A DNA stretch of 64,000 bases from NCBI GenBank assembly GCA_004298675.1, contig SCRI01000058.1, positions 72,669 to 136,668 on the forward strand. The letters run 5' to 3'. Positions 9,536-19,523 of this stretch are shown here, in pieces. Numbering within the stretch: position 1 is the stretch's first letter; each line of letters starts with the position of its first letter. Source of the stretch: a bacterium (GTDB taxonomy: Bacteria; Vulcanimicrobiota; Vulcanimicrobiia; Vulcanimicrobiales; SCRA01). The notes beneath the pieces were generated by a model that did no database searches, was not told where the DNA came from, and saw nothing but the letters and a program-made list of their open reading frames with translations. A program made the position numbers and the translations under genes.

Positions 9536-10750
9536 TCAGAATGGCAGCGGCAAGGCGCTCCAACCCGCTTGACGGCGTGCGCGCACCTCGGCGCAGAGCT
9601 GCCGGGCGCCGCGCACGCGGTCGCCGCCGCGACGCACGAAGAGCTTGCGCCAGTAGGCCTTGCCGGCAAGGCCGCGGATGAGATCGGAGGCCTCCGTGGC
9701 TTCGACGGTCGCTCCCATGAGATGCACGTAGAGCGCGGGGCCGCGGCGCATGCGCTCTTCCTGCGCATCGCCCCAGACGTCGTCGCCATAGTGGTCCCGC
9801 AACACGCGCTCGCAGGCTTCGTAGAGCGTGAGGTCGCGTTCGCCGTTGAACTCTGCGGCCAGCGCGAACGGTGCGATGCGATCGCGCAACGCCCGCGCCG
9901 CCGCGGTTTGCGAAGGCCGCAACTGCTCCATGACGCGGAAGTCGTCCCAGGCTAGGAACTCGCCGATCGCGTCGAGCTCGTGCGGATCGCTCCACAGTTC
10001 GCGCAGCGCATCGCCCAGTACGCGCTCGAACGCGCGAGTGGTGTGGTGGAAGTAAACCGTGGCGAACATCATGTAGCGGGCGAGCACGAATTGCTCGAGT
10101 GCCACCAAACCGCGTCCGTCGATGCCTAAGCGCGGCTGACCGCCGATACGCAGCACGCGCAGCGAGGCCACCAGTTGCGCCGCGTCGTAACGCCCGCCGC
10201 TCACGCCCGTGAAGTAGGCGTCGCGCTGGAGATAGTCCATGCGGTCGCAGTCGAGGTTCGGTCCGCTCACGAGCTCCTTGAGCACTGGGAAGGAAGACGG
10301 CGGACCGCTGACGATCAGCGCCAGCACCTCGCGCGGGTCCACGCCCGCGCGTGCCATCCCTTCGCGCAGCCGTGGAAGTTCGAGCATCTCCTCCGTGCGT
10401 GTCTCGTGCCGCCGCCCCAGCACGGCCTCGGAGGCGTGAGAGAACGGCCCGTGCCCCAGGTCGTGCAGCAGCAGCGCCACCCGCAGGAGGCGCCGCTGCG
10501 CCTCGTAGTCCTGTTCGGATGCAAAGTAGTCCGGCGAGTGCTCGCGCAAGGCTTCGATGGCGCGCGTCCCCATCGCCAGCGCCCCCAGCGCGTGCGTGAA
10601 GCGCGAATGTTCCGCCGAGGGAAAGGCTAGATAGGCAAGGCCGAGCTGGCGCAAGCGCCGCAGGCGCTGAAACGGCGCGCTATCCATGAGCGCCGTCTCC
10701 GCCTCGCTTAACTCGATGAACCCATGGATGGGGTCAAAGATCCGCTTCAC
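9536..10750 (-). CDS. HD-domain phosphohydrolase (SAMHD1/dNTP triphosphohydrolase-like)
   Basis: VKRIFDPIHGFIELSEAE...FQRLRRLRQLG...EHSRFTHALG...LLHDLGHGPFSHASE. The start is placed at GTG 10750, preceded by GAGGAG at 6-nt spacing. ATG 10816 is an alternative. The ORF-track start at 11023 adds an Arg/Gly-rich extension that is unlikely to be coding. Confidence 0.75.
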   Translation of the reverse strand: MKRIFDPIHGFIELSEAETALMDSAPFQRLRRLRQLGLAYLAFPSAEHSRFTHALGALAMGTRAIEALREHSPDYFASEQDYEAQRRLLRVALLLHDLGHGPFSHASEAVLGRRHETRTEEMLELPRLREGMARAGVDPREVLALIVSGPPSSFPVLKELVSGPNLDCDRMDYLQRDAYFTGVSGGRYDAAQLVASLRVLRIGGQPRLGIDGRGLVALEQFVLARYMMFATVYFHHTTRAFERVLGDALRELWSDPHELDAIGEFLAWDDFRVMEQLRPSQTAAARALRDRIAPFALAAEFNGERDLTLYEACERVLRDHYGDDVWGDAQEERMRRGPALYVHLMGATVEATEASDLIRGLAGKAYWRKLFVRRGGDRVRGARQLCAEVRARRQAGWSALPLPF

Positions 10751-10995
10751 GCCTTGCTCCTCGCCTTGCTCCTCGGCGGGCACGTACCGCACGCGGGGAC
10801 GCCCGTCGCGGCACATCCGTGTGCCGCTCCTGCTGCCCTCGCGCTTCGCTCCACCATCCTGGTTTCGCTCGCGCCTCGGAGCCCCCGCTTTGCGGTACGT
10901 GCCCGCCTCCTCGCGGCTGTGAGCAGCGGGGCCGCGCAGGAGGCGCGGCGACGGGCGCCCCCGGCAGGGGCGTGTACCGCCCCGGTGCGAAAATA

Positions 10996-11009
10996 CGAAC
11001 ATGCGTTCG
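10996..11009. promoter_or_regulatory. Candidate LexA operator (Cheo-box type) CGAACATGCGTTCG
   Basis: Perfect match to the Gram-positive/Actinobacteria-type SOS box CGAAC-RNRY-GTTCG. It lies 86 nt upstream of the dnaG start, in the divergent HD/dnaG intergenic region, and TACGAT (a possible -10) follows at 11012-11017. Confidence 0.45.
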
Positions 11010-11094
11010 CGTACGATGTCCACCGCGCGCCCACAGGAAACGCAAGATACTCACAGGGTCGTCCACAGCGGCGCCTGCGAACGTAAGCAGTTCC

Positions 11095-12873
11095 GTGGCG
11101 ATCGCTGATTCGGTCCTCTCCGAGATTCAAGCGCGCCTCCCGCTGGTGGAGGTCGTGGGCTCGTACGTGCAGTTGCGCAAGCGGGGGAAGGATTACGTCG
11201 GCCTCTGCCCCTTCCATAGCGAGCGCACGCCTAGCTTCAGCGTGGCCCCGGAGAAGGGTTTCTTCAAGTGCTTCGGCTGCGGCCAGGGCGGCGGACTCTT
11301 CAAGTTCATCGAGCTAATCGAGAACGTGAGCTTCCCCGACGCGATACGCTTGCTGGCCAAGCGCGCCGGCGTGGAGGTCGAGGAGGAGACCCCGGCGATG
11401 GCGCGCCGGCGCTCCGAGCGCGAAGCGATCTACGAGGCCAATGCCGCCGCCGTCGCTTACTTCCAGGAGCAGTTGCGCAAGGGGGCCGACGATGGGGCGG
11501 GGCGGCGCTACTGCGCGAAGCGCGGGCTCTCCGATGCCACGCTGGAGGCGTTCAAGATCGGCTACGCCCCCGACCGTTGGGATGGGCTGACCGGTTATCT
11601 GCGCGATCTCGACATCGATCTCAGCATCGCGGCGCGCGCGGGCTTGGTGAAGCCGGGGCAGCGCGGCTATTACGACTTCTATCGCGGGCGTCTGATGATT
11701 CCCACCTATGCCGCCACCGGCGAAACGATCGCCTTCGGTGGACGCGCCCTGGGGGATCAGGAGCCCAAATATCTCAACACCGCGGGGACACCGGTCTACA
11801 CCAAGGGGCGCCACCTCTTCGCGCTCAACCTCGCGCGCCGTGCCATCGCTAAAGCGGGGTTCGCGATCCTCGTCGAGGGCTATCTCGACTGCATTGCCCT
11901 GCACGAAGCCGGATTCACTCATGCCGTGGCTTCGCTCGGCACGTCCTTCACCGCGGAACAGGCGGGCGAGCTGCACCGCTACGCACAACGCGCCTACCTG
12001 TGCTTCGACGGCGACGGCGCGGGAGCCGGCGCCACGGTCAAGAGTGTTGACGTCTTGCGCGAGACCGGCGTCCAGGCACAGATCGTGCTGCTGCCCGCGG
12101 GGGAGGACCCCGACTCGTTCGTGCGCGGGCAAGGTGCCCCAGCCTTCGCGGCGCTGCTGGAGGCAGCGGTGCCTTGGGAGAGCTACAAGATCGAGCGCGC
12201 GTACCAGCGCATCCGCGCAGGCTCGGCGAGCCGGGCCGAGGTGCTGCGGGCTGTGACGCGCGAGATCGCGGAAATCGACGAGTTGGAGCGTGACTACTGG
12301 CTCGTGCAGCTCTGCGGGCGGCTGGGTGTGGATCCGCAAGAAGTTCGAGCCAGCCGCTTCCTCGCACAGGCCTGGCAGCGGAGCGAACGCTCTGTCTCCG
12401 CGTTCACGCGCTACGCGCCCCCGCTGCCCGCGAAGAACCCGCGCGAACGCGAATTTCTCGCCGCCCTCCTGGCGCAGCCGGCGCTCCTTGAAACCGCAGC
12501 GGGCGCGGTGCGGTTGGAGGCAATCGAGGACCCGGTTTACCGCCGCCTCTACGGCGCGCTGCTCGAACAGCGCGGCAAACTCGAGGCCGGCGGAGAGCCC
12601 TTTACCCTGTTTGCCGGTGACGACGAGACTTCCGGAGCGCTAGCGGACGTGCTCTCGTCCACGGCCGCAACGGTGGGCCAGGCGCTGGCGTTCGAGGCGC
12701 TGGAGGAGCAGATTCACCGCTTCGCCCAGGACCTAGCCGCACGTGCCGATCGCACCCGCCTGAGCGAGCTGGAACGCGAGATCGAGCGGCGCTACGTCCA
12801 GGGTGAGGAGGTGCCCGCCGGCTTGCGCGAGCAGAGTCAGGCAATTCGCCGCCGTTTGCAGGGGAAACGGTAG
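11095..12873 (+). CDS. dnaG: DNA primase
   Basis: From GTG 11095: VAIADSVLSEIQARLPLVEVVGSYVQL...CPFHSERTPSFSV...FKCFGCGQGG (zinc finger), then TOPRIM EGYLDCIALHEAGF...FDGDGAG. Confidence 0.9.
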   Translation: MAIADSVLSEIQARLPLVEVVGSYVQLRKRGKDYVGLCPFHSERTPSFSVAPEKGFFKCFGCGQGGGLFKFIELIENVSFPDAIRLLAKRAGVEVEEETPAMARRRSEREAIYEANAAAVAYFQEQLRKGADDGAGRRYCAKRGLSDATLEAFKIGYAPDRWDGLTGYLRDLDIDLSIAARAGLVKPGQRGYYDFYRGRLMIPTYAATGETIAFGGRALGDQEPKYLNTAGTPVYTKGRHLFALNLARRAIAKAGFAILVEGYLDCIALHEAGFTHAVASLGTSFTAEQAGELHRYAQRAYLCFDGDGAGAGATVKSVDVLRETGVQAQIVLLPAGEDPDSFVRGQGAPAFAALLEAAVPWESYKIERAYQRIRAGSASRAEVLRAVTREIAEIDELERDYWLVQLCGRLGVDPQEVRASRFLAQAWQRSERSVSAFTRYAPPLPAKNPREREFLAALLAQPALLETAAGAVRLEAIEDPVYRRLYGALLEQRGKLEAGGEPFTLFAGDDETSGALADVLSSTAATVGQALAFEALEEQIHRFAQDLAARADRTRLSELEREIERRYVQGEEVPAGLREQSQAIRRRLQGKR

Positions 12874-13029
12874 GGTCCCAACGTATTGAGGTTGGCTCTT
12901 CGCATCCGTCGTCACGGACGGACGCAGGGAGAGCAGTCCCGAAGAGTGTCGGCAACGCTCGCACCGCCGCAGGTGTCTCATGGTGAGATACGGCGGCCGT
13001 CCGGTCATTCATCGAGGAAGGAGGGAGTC

Positions 13030-14220
<1,191 letters not shown>

Positions 14221-14221
14221 G

Positions 14222-14641
14222 GTGAGGGCCGGCACGAAGTGGTGGAGCGCCGTCGCGGTCTTCGCGGCGGCGTTTCTCTTGCTCTCGCTCCAGGAGGGCG
14301 TCTACGAGTTCTCCGTCAGTCTGATGCCGGGGCGCTGGCATGTCTTCCCGCGCAAGGTCATGGCGACGATCGCCTTCGCGCTCATCGCCTATTGCGTGGA
14401 GCGCGCCGCCGAGAGCTCCGGCCGGCGGCGCGATTGGCTGCTGCCCGTGCTCGCCGGTACCGTCTTCTCCGGCATCGTGGAAGTCGCGCAGCACTACTAC
14501 GAGTACTTCATCGGCACGCCGCTCGAGCCGCTGCGCTCCAGTGTGATCGACGTCGCCACCGGCACGATCGGTGGTGCGATCGCCGTGTGGGCGTTGGCGC
14601 GCGGTTGGGCGGGCGCGAGGCGCGTTAGCCGGCGGCGCTGA
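14222..14641 (+). CDS. Small integral membrane protein, VanZ-like
   Basis: 139 aa with about 4 predicted TM helices. VEVAQHYYEY...RSSVIDVATGTIGGAIAV resembles the VanZ E..Q...R...D..N/G..G pattern. The GTG start is 1 nt after the rpoD stop, and the 3' end overlaps the convergent rmlA by 17 nt. Confidence 0.5.
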   Translation: MRAGTKWWSAVAVFAAAFLLLSLQEGVYEFSVSLMPGRWHVFPRKVMATIAFALIAYCVERAAESSGRRRDWLLPVLAGTVFSGIVEVAQHYYEYFIGTPLEPLRSSVIDVATGTIGGAIAVWALARGWAGARRVSRRR

Positions 14642-15374
14642 CCGCCGCCTCCGACCAACCCGCGCGCTCGGCCACGAGCCGATTGGCGAGGTGCAGGCTC
14701 TCGAAGGTGCCGGCGTCGGTCCACCAGTCTTGCAGCACGTCCGAGTAGAGATCGCCGGCGTCGATGTAGGCATTGTTGACGTCGGTGATCTCTAGTTCGC
14801 CGCGGTGGCTCGGCTTGAGCGTGCGGCAATAGTCGAAGACGCGCGCATCGTACATGTAGATGCCGGTGACGGCGTAGGAGCTCTTGGGCTGTTTGGGTTT
14901 CTCCTCGATGCGCACGATGCGCTGACCGTCGAGTTCGGGCACGCCGAAACGCTGGGGATCGCTGACTTCCTTGAGCAGCAGGCGCGCGCCGGAGGCCTGA
15001 CGTTGGAAGGCCTGCACGTACGGCGAGAGGTCGTCGGCGAAGACGTTGTCGCCGAGGATGACGATGATGCGTCCGCCGTCGGCGAAGTGCTCGGCGAGCT
15101 TGAGCGCGTCCGCGATGCCGCCCTCACCCTCTTGATAGGTGTAATGAAGATCCCTGAGGCCGAAGTCGCGGCCGTTACCCAGCAGGCGCAGAAAATCGCC
15201 GGCGCTGTTGCCGCCGGTGACGATCATGATGTCTTCGATGCCCGCGTTCACCAGCGTCTGCAGGGGATAGTAGATCATCGGCCGATCGTAGATCGGCAGC
15301 AGATGTTTGTTGGTGATCTTCGTCAGCGGCCGCAGCCGGCTGCCCAGACCGCCCGCCAGAATCACACCCTTCAT
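14625..15374 (-). CDS. rmlA: Sugar-phosphate nucleotidyltransferase, likely glucose-1-phosphate thymidylyltransferase (short form)
   Basis: From ATG 15374: MKGVILAGGLGSRLRPLTKITNKHLLPIYDRPMIYYPL...GGIADAL...ITDVN. Confidence 0.8.
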   Translation of the reverse strand: MKGVILAGGLGSRLRPLTKITNKHLLPIYDRPMIYYPLQTLVNAGIEDIMIVTGGNSAGDFLRLLGNGRDFGLRDLHYTYQEGEGGIADALKLAEHFADGGRIIVILGDNVFADDLSPYVQAFQRQASGARLLLKEVSDPQRFGVPELDGQRIVRIEEKPKQPKSSYAVTGIYMYDARVFDYCRTLKPSHRGELEITDVNNAYIDAGDLYSDVLQDWWTDAGTFESLHLANRLVAERAGWSEAAVSAAG

Positions 15375-15387
15375 ACTCCACCTTGCT

Positions 15388-16404
15388 TCATTTTGCACCG
15401 CGCAGGCTTGCATATTGCGCGCGGTAGTAGTCGGCGAAGGCTCCGGAGCGGATCGGGCGCCACCAGCTCTCGTGCTCCTGGTACCAGGTCACCGTTTGCG
15501 CCAGCCCCTCCTCGAAGTCCACGCGCGGACTCCAGCCCAAGGTGCGCAACTTGGCGGAGTCGAGCGCGTAGCGGCGGTCGTGGCCCGGCCGGTCCTCGAC
15601 GTGGCGAACGTAGCGTTGCGGGTCCTTGCCGAGTTGGGTCAGGAGGCGCTGCGTGATCTCGATATTGGTGCGGGCGTTGCCTCCGCCCACGTTGTAGGCA
15701 TGACCCGGCGTGCCGTGCAGCAACACGTGCTCGATGCCGCGGCAGTGGTCGTCGACGTGCAGCCAATCGCGCACCTGGAGGCCGTCGCCGTACACGGGCA
15801 CCTGCTGATCCTCCAGCAGATTGGTCACGAAGAGCGGGATGAGCTTCTCGGGGTACTGGTACGGGCCGTAGGTGTTCGAGCCGCGCGAGATCAGGACGGG
15901 GGTGCCGTAGGTCACGTGGTACGCCAGGACCTGGAGGTCGGCACCCGCTTTGCTTGCCGCATACGGGCTGCGCGGTGCCAGCGGGTAGCCCTCGTGTGAC
16001 GAGCCATCGGCCACGTGGCCGTAGACTTCGTCGGTCGAGACTTGGAGAAAGCGCGTCACGCCATGACGGCGCACCGCCTCCAGCAGCACGTGCGTCCCCA
16101 GGATGTCCGTGCGCAGGAACGCTTCGGGATCGGTGATGCTGCGGTCGACGTGCGTCTCGGCAGCGAAGTTGACCACGGCGTCAACGCCTGGGCCGATGGC
16201 CGTCTCGACCGCCGCTTCGTCGCAGACGTCGCCGCGCCGGAAGCGGTAGCGGGGGTCGTCCTCAATGCTGCTCAGGTTGGCCGGATTTCCGGCGTAGGTG
16301 AGTTTGTCGAAGTTGACGATCGACCAGTCCGGGTGCGTGCGCAGCATGAGGCGCACGAAATTGGAGCCGATGAATCCACAGCCACCGGTGACGAGGAGTT
16401 TCAC
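15388..16404 (-). CDS. rmlB: dTDP-glucose 4,6-dehydratase
   Basis: MKLLVTGGCGFIGSNFVR...STDEVYG...YAASKAG...RPGHDRRYALD. Confidence 0.93.
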   Translation of the reverse strand: MKLLVTGGCGFIGSNFVRLMLRTHPDWSIVNFDKLTYAGNPANLSSIEDDPRYRFRRGDVCDEAAVETAIGPGVDAVVNFAAETHVDRSITDPEAFLRTDILGTHVLLEAVRRHGVTRFLQVSTDEVYGHVADGSSHEGYPLAPRSPYAASKAGADLQVLAYHVTYGTPVLISRGSNTYGPYQYPEKLIPLFVTNLLEDQQVPVYGDGLQVRDWLHVDDHCRGIEHVLLHGTPGHAYNVGGGNARTNIEITQRLLTQLGKDPQRYVRHVEDRPGHDRRYALDSAKLRTLGWSPRVDFEEGLAQTVTWYQEHESWWRPIRSGAFADYYRAQYASLRGAK

Positions 16405-16451
16405 GGCGTGGCGCTTCTCTAGAGGCGCCGGCTCATCCCTTGCGCGCGGCG

Positions 16452-17135
16452 TTAGCTCTGAGGCGTTGGGCTTGGTGCCGGCGACGGACTAGGCTTAGGC
16501 GTAGCTTTGATGAGCGGTTGGGGGGTGAAGAGCGGGATCGGCGTCACCGCGGTATATGGAACCGACGTGTCGAGCCGCACGGGTGCAAGCAGCGCGACTT
16601 GCGGAGCGCCCGCCACGAGGCGCACCGTCCCCATCGTCAGGGCGTGAACGGTCGAGCCCGGCTTGAGATCGAGATCGCTGCCTTTGCGGAATTGGCGGTA
16701 GAGAAAGTGATAGGGCACCAGGATATCCTTGACCTCGTCGGTGACTGCGGAGGTGCTCTCCTTGCCACGCGTGACGTGGATGCTCCAGGTGCTGCTGAGT
16801 GGGCGTAATGGCAACTCGGCGCCCCCCGCGAGCGGGAGCGCCGAGAAGCGCACGCCTAGATAGCCATCGTGGTCGGGGGCGGTGGCGTGGCTCGCGAAGG
16901 TTACGGTGCCCGTGAGCGGCGTGCCGGCGGGCGCGATCTTGGTGTCACCAAGCATCAACGCCGAGACGAGATGGGCACGGAAGGTCTCGCCGACCTTTGC
17001 CGAGGCCGTATTGACCTCATCGTCGAGCGCCAGCACCAGCGAGCTATTGACGGGCAGGACCTCTTTCGGCGTCGCCCACGCCGCACCGGAAGAGGCAAGC
17101 ACGCAGATCAGCAGTGCGACGGTGGCCCGTCTCAT
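16452..17135 (-). CDS. Secreted hypothetical protein with a Pro/Ser/Thr-rich C-terminal tail
   Basis: 227 aa. The signal peptide is MRRATVALLICVLASSGAAWA, and the tail ends KATPKPSPSPAPSPTPQS. No family recognised. Confidence 0.5.
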   Translation of the reverse strand: MRRATVALLICVLASSGAAWATPKEVLPVNSSLVLALDDEVNTASAKVGETFRAHLVSALMLGDTKIAPAGTPLTGTVTFASHATAPDHDGYLGVRFSALPLAGGAELPLRPLSSTWSIHVTRGKESTSAVTDEVKDILVPYHFLYRQFRKGSDLDLKPGSTVHALTMGTVRLVAGAPQVALLAPVRLDTSVPYTAVTPIPLFTPQPLIKATPKPSPSPAPSPTPQS

Positions 17136-17161
17136 TATCCGCGTTGCTTTCGGGTGGCTAC

Positions 17162-17470
17162 CTAGCTCGCCTTGGCCGCGGCCTTCTTGCCTTCTTCGAT
17201 CAATTTCTTGACCTTCTGGCCGCCCTTCTGTCCGATCGTCTCGTAGAAGCTTGGGCCGTAGCGGTCGCGGGTGGCTTCGCCGCCCTTCTTGCCGCCCTTC
17301 TTGCCGATGCGCTCGTAGAACTCGTGACCGTGAGCCGCCTTCGTGGCCTGCCCGCCCTTGCGCCCGATCGACTCGTAGAATTCGGGTCCATACTTGCGCT
17401 TGACGGTCTCTCCGCCTTTTTGGCCTGCTTCACGTACGGTCATACCACCGCCGTTTTTCTTGGTCGTCAT
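17162..17470 (-). CDS. General-stress KGG-repeat protein (YciG/GsiB-like)
   Basis: 102 aa with three copies of the unit GxKGGxxxxxxxGxEFYExIGxKGG: GPEFYESIGRKGG, GHEFYERIGKKGG, GPSFYETIGQKGG. Confidence 0.8.
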   Translation of the reverse strand: MTTKKNGGGMTVREAGQKGGETVKRKYGPEFYESIGRKGGQATKAAHGHEFYERIGKKGGKKGGEATRDRYGPSFYETIGQKGGQKVKKLIEEGKKAAAKAS

Positions 17471-17640
17471 GATGTACCGGGTTATCCTCCATACTCGTCC
17501 GCGCGGGACGACGCATCTCCCGGGGAACGCGCTCGCGACGCATTCCTACTACAATGTAACGCACGGTGGGCTCCCTAAGTTTCGTGGGGAGAGGCGGCGT
17601 GCGCGTTCGTGGGTCGATGGCCCTCTGCGTGCTCCTTCTA

Positions 17641-17656
17641 GGGGCGGCCTCGCCCC
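17641..17656 (-). terminator. GC hairpin GGGGCG-GCCT-CGCCCC downstream of the proline dehydrogenase gene (no clear U-tract)
   Basis: A perfect 6-bp GC stem read from the sequence, 65 nt 3' of the stop at 17721. Confidence 0.3.
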
Positions 17657-17720
17657 CTACCATCCCCTTACCCGCCTACGGGGGCCTCAAAGACGTCCGG
17701 CGACCGAAATTTCGAACTGG

Positions 17721-18620
17721 CTAGCGGCTGAAAAGGGAGCCCAGGACGAAGAGGACGTTCTCCTTGCGCTCGCCTAGGCGGCGGTAGAAGTAGCCGGACC
17801 AATGGGTCCCAAACGGGACGTAGACCCGTACCCGGTAGCCCTCGGCTACGAGTTGACGCTGGGTCTGCGGCCGGATGCCGTAGAGGAGCTGGAACTCGAA
17901 GCGGTCCTTGGCGATGCCGCACTCGGTGGTCATGCGCTTGATGGCTTCGATGAGCGAGAGGTCGTGGGTGGCCACGGCGGGGTAATTGCCGCGCGTCAAG
18001 AGCGCGCGCGCCAATTTCAGATAATTGCGCCGGATCTCGGCCATGTCTTTATAGGCGATCGAGGGAGGCTCTTTGTAGGCGCCCTTGACGATGCGTACGC
18101 GCGCGCCCCGGGCGATGGCGTCCTCGACGTCGCCCGCGCTGCGATGCAGGTACGCCTGCAGCACGACACCAACGTTGTCCTGCTGCGCGTGGACGCGCTC
18201 GAAGACGCGCAGTGTGGCGTCGACGACGCCGCTGCCCTCCATGTCGATGCGTACGAACGGGTCGCGGTTGCAGGCGGCGCGTTGCGCGACCGCCAGCAGG
18301 TGCTCGGCGGCGAGGTTCTCGTCGATCGAGAGGCCCAAGGCCGTGAGCTTCACCGAGACGTTGGCGTCCACGCCGGCACGATCGATGGTCTCGACCGTTC
18401 TCAATGTCTGCGCCGCCGACGCTTTTGCCTCCGCGCTCTCGAAGACGTCTTCCCCCAGAAAATCGAGCGTCGCGCTGAGTCCGTCGGCGTTGAGGCGTTT
18501 GACCGCCTCGATCGCCGCGTCAACGGTCTCGCCGGCGACGAAGCGTTTGGCCAAGAAAAAGAACCGCTCTTGAAAGCTCGGGCTTGCAATCGCCCGTTCG
18601 AGTAGCGCCATGGGCCTCAC
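17721..18620 (-). CDS. Proline dehydrogenase (monofunctional)
   Basis: 299 aa: FLAKRFVAGETVDAAIEAVKRLNADGLSATLDFLGEDV...VKLTALG...IVKGAY...THD...FQLLYGIR. The start is GTG 18620 or ATG 18611. Confidence 0.88.
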   Translation of the reverse strand: MRPMALLERAIASPSFQERFFFLAKRFVAGETVDAAIEAVKRLNADGLSATLDFLGEDVFESAEAKASAAQTLRTVETIDRAGVDANVSVKLTALGLSIDENLAAEHLLAVAQRAACNRDPFVRIDMEGSGVVDATLRVFERVHAQQDNVGVVLQAYLHRSAGDVEDAIARGARVRIVKGAYKEPPSIAYKDMAEIRRNYLKLARALLTRGNYPAVATHDLSLIEAIKRMTTECGIAKDRFEFQLLYGIRPQTQRQLVAEGYRVRVYVPFGTHWSGYFYRRLGERKENVLFVLGSLFSR

Positions 18621-18626
18621 GTTACC

Positions 18627-19523
18627 TTACGCCGACTCCTCGCTCCTCCAGGTGCCGCGCCCGGCCTCTTTCGCGCGGTAGAGCGCACGATCGGCGTGCT
18701 CGCGCAGCAGCGTGCTGTCAGCCTTGCCCACGCGCCGGTGCGTAGCGATGCCCACCGAGATCGAGGGGATGGTACCCTTGGCGACTTCATTGAAAAGGCG
18801 TTGCGCAAAACGCTCGGCAGCAGTCCGATCGCAGCCTAGCAGGACCAGAGCGAACTCGTCTCCACCGATGCGGGCGACGGTATCGGTGCCCCGGACCGCC
18901 GTCAGCAGCACGCGCGAGAGACGCTGCAGCGCGCGATCACCTTCGGCATGGCCGAGCGAATCGTTGAGATCTTTGAAGCGATCGAGATCGATGTACAGGA
19001 GGCTGAGTGGACGGAGCGTGCGCGCGGAGAAGGCCACCGCCGCCTCCAGCGCGTCCTCGAAGGCGCGCCGGTTGGCGGCGCCGGTGAGCGCATCGGTGTA
19101 GGCGGCCTGCGCCAACTCCACGTGTTCCTCGCGCAGCTCCGACTCCAACGCTTTGGCGCGCAGCGCCGCCGCCACGCGCGCGCGCAGCTCGGCCGGATAG
19201 AACGGCTTGGCAATGTAGTCGGCGGCGCCGAGATCGAGCCCCAGCACGCGTTCGCTGACGGCGCCCCGTGCCGTTACCAGTACCACGGGCACGTGGCGGG
19301 TCGTGGGTTCGGCGCGCAGCGCCGCCAGCAACTCGGTTCCGGACATACCCGGCAGCATGACGTCGGTGACGATGACGTCGGGCGGATTGCGGCGCATCGC
19401 ACCGAGCGCTTCCTCGGCGCTGCGGTAGGCGTGTACGCGGCTGGGTAGGGCCTCGAGCGTGAGCCGCTCCAACTGGAGCATCTCATCCTCGTCGTCGATG
19501 ATGACGATCGTCGGCGCGTTCAT
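18627..19523 (-). CDS. Response regulator with GGDEF output (diguanylate cyclase, PleD/WspR-like)
   Basis: Receiver domain: IVIIDDEDE...DVIVTDVMLPGMSG...AKPF. The GGDEF domain has the I-site RGTD five residues before GGDEFALVL. Confidence 0.9.
   Translation of the reverse strand: MNAPTIVIIDDEDEMLQLERLTLEALPSRVHAYRSAEEALGAMRRNPPDVIVTDVMLPGMSGTELLAALRAEPTTRHVPVVLVTARGAVSERVLGLDLGAADYIAKPFYPAELRARVAAALRAKALESELREEHVELAQAAYTDALTGAANRRAFEDALEAAVAFSARTLRPLSLLYIDLDRFKDLNDSLGHAEGDRALQRLSRVLLTAVRGTDTVARIGGDEFALVLLGCDRTAAERFAQRLFNEVAKGTIPSISVGIATHRRVGKADSTLLREHADRALYRAKEAGRGTWRSEESA

Noticed and set aside
10751-11094. Long in-frame N-terminal extensions of the HD gene (to 11023) and of dnaG (from 10819) suggested by the ORF track
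   Set aside because: The extensions are Arg/Gly/Pro-rich and have no family similarity. Good internal starts with SD (GTG 10750) or a family-typical N-terminus (GTG 11095) exist. The region is better treated as a divergent regulatory region.
11016-11108. 30-codon ORF (MSTARPQETQDTHRVVHSGACERKQFRGDR) just downstream of the Cheo box
   Set aside because: It has no SD and no recognisable features, and it overlaps the dnaG start. It is probably chance.
17114-17578. 154-aa plus-strand ORF with periodic DRLVE/ALLA units
   Set aside because: It is the antisense mirror of the KGG-repeat gene, and its periodicity simply reflects the KGG repeats on the other strand.
17705-17714. 10-bp palindrome CGAAATTTCG (similar to CGGAAATTTCG at 21509-21519)
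   Set aside because: It is a short AT-core palindrome lying 3' of a gene on one side and in a promoter on the other. Two loose copies are too few to claim a motif.
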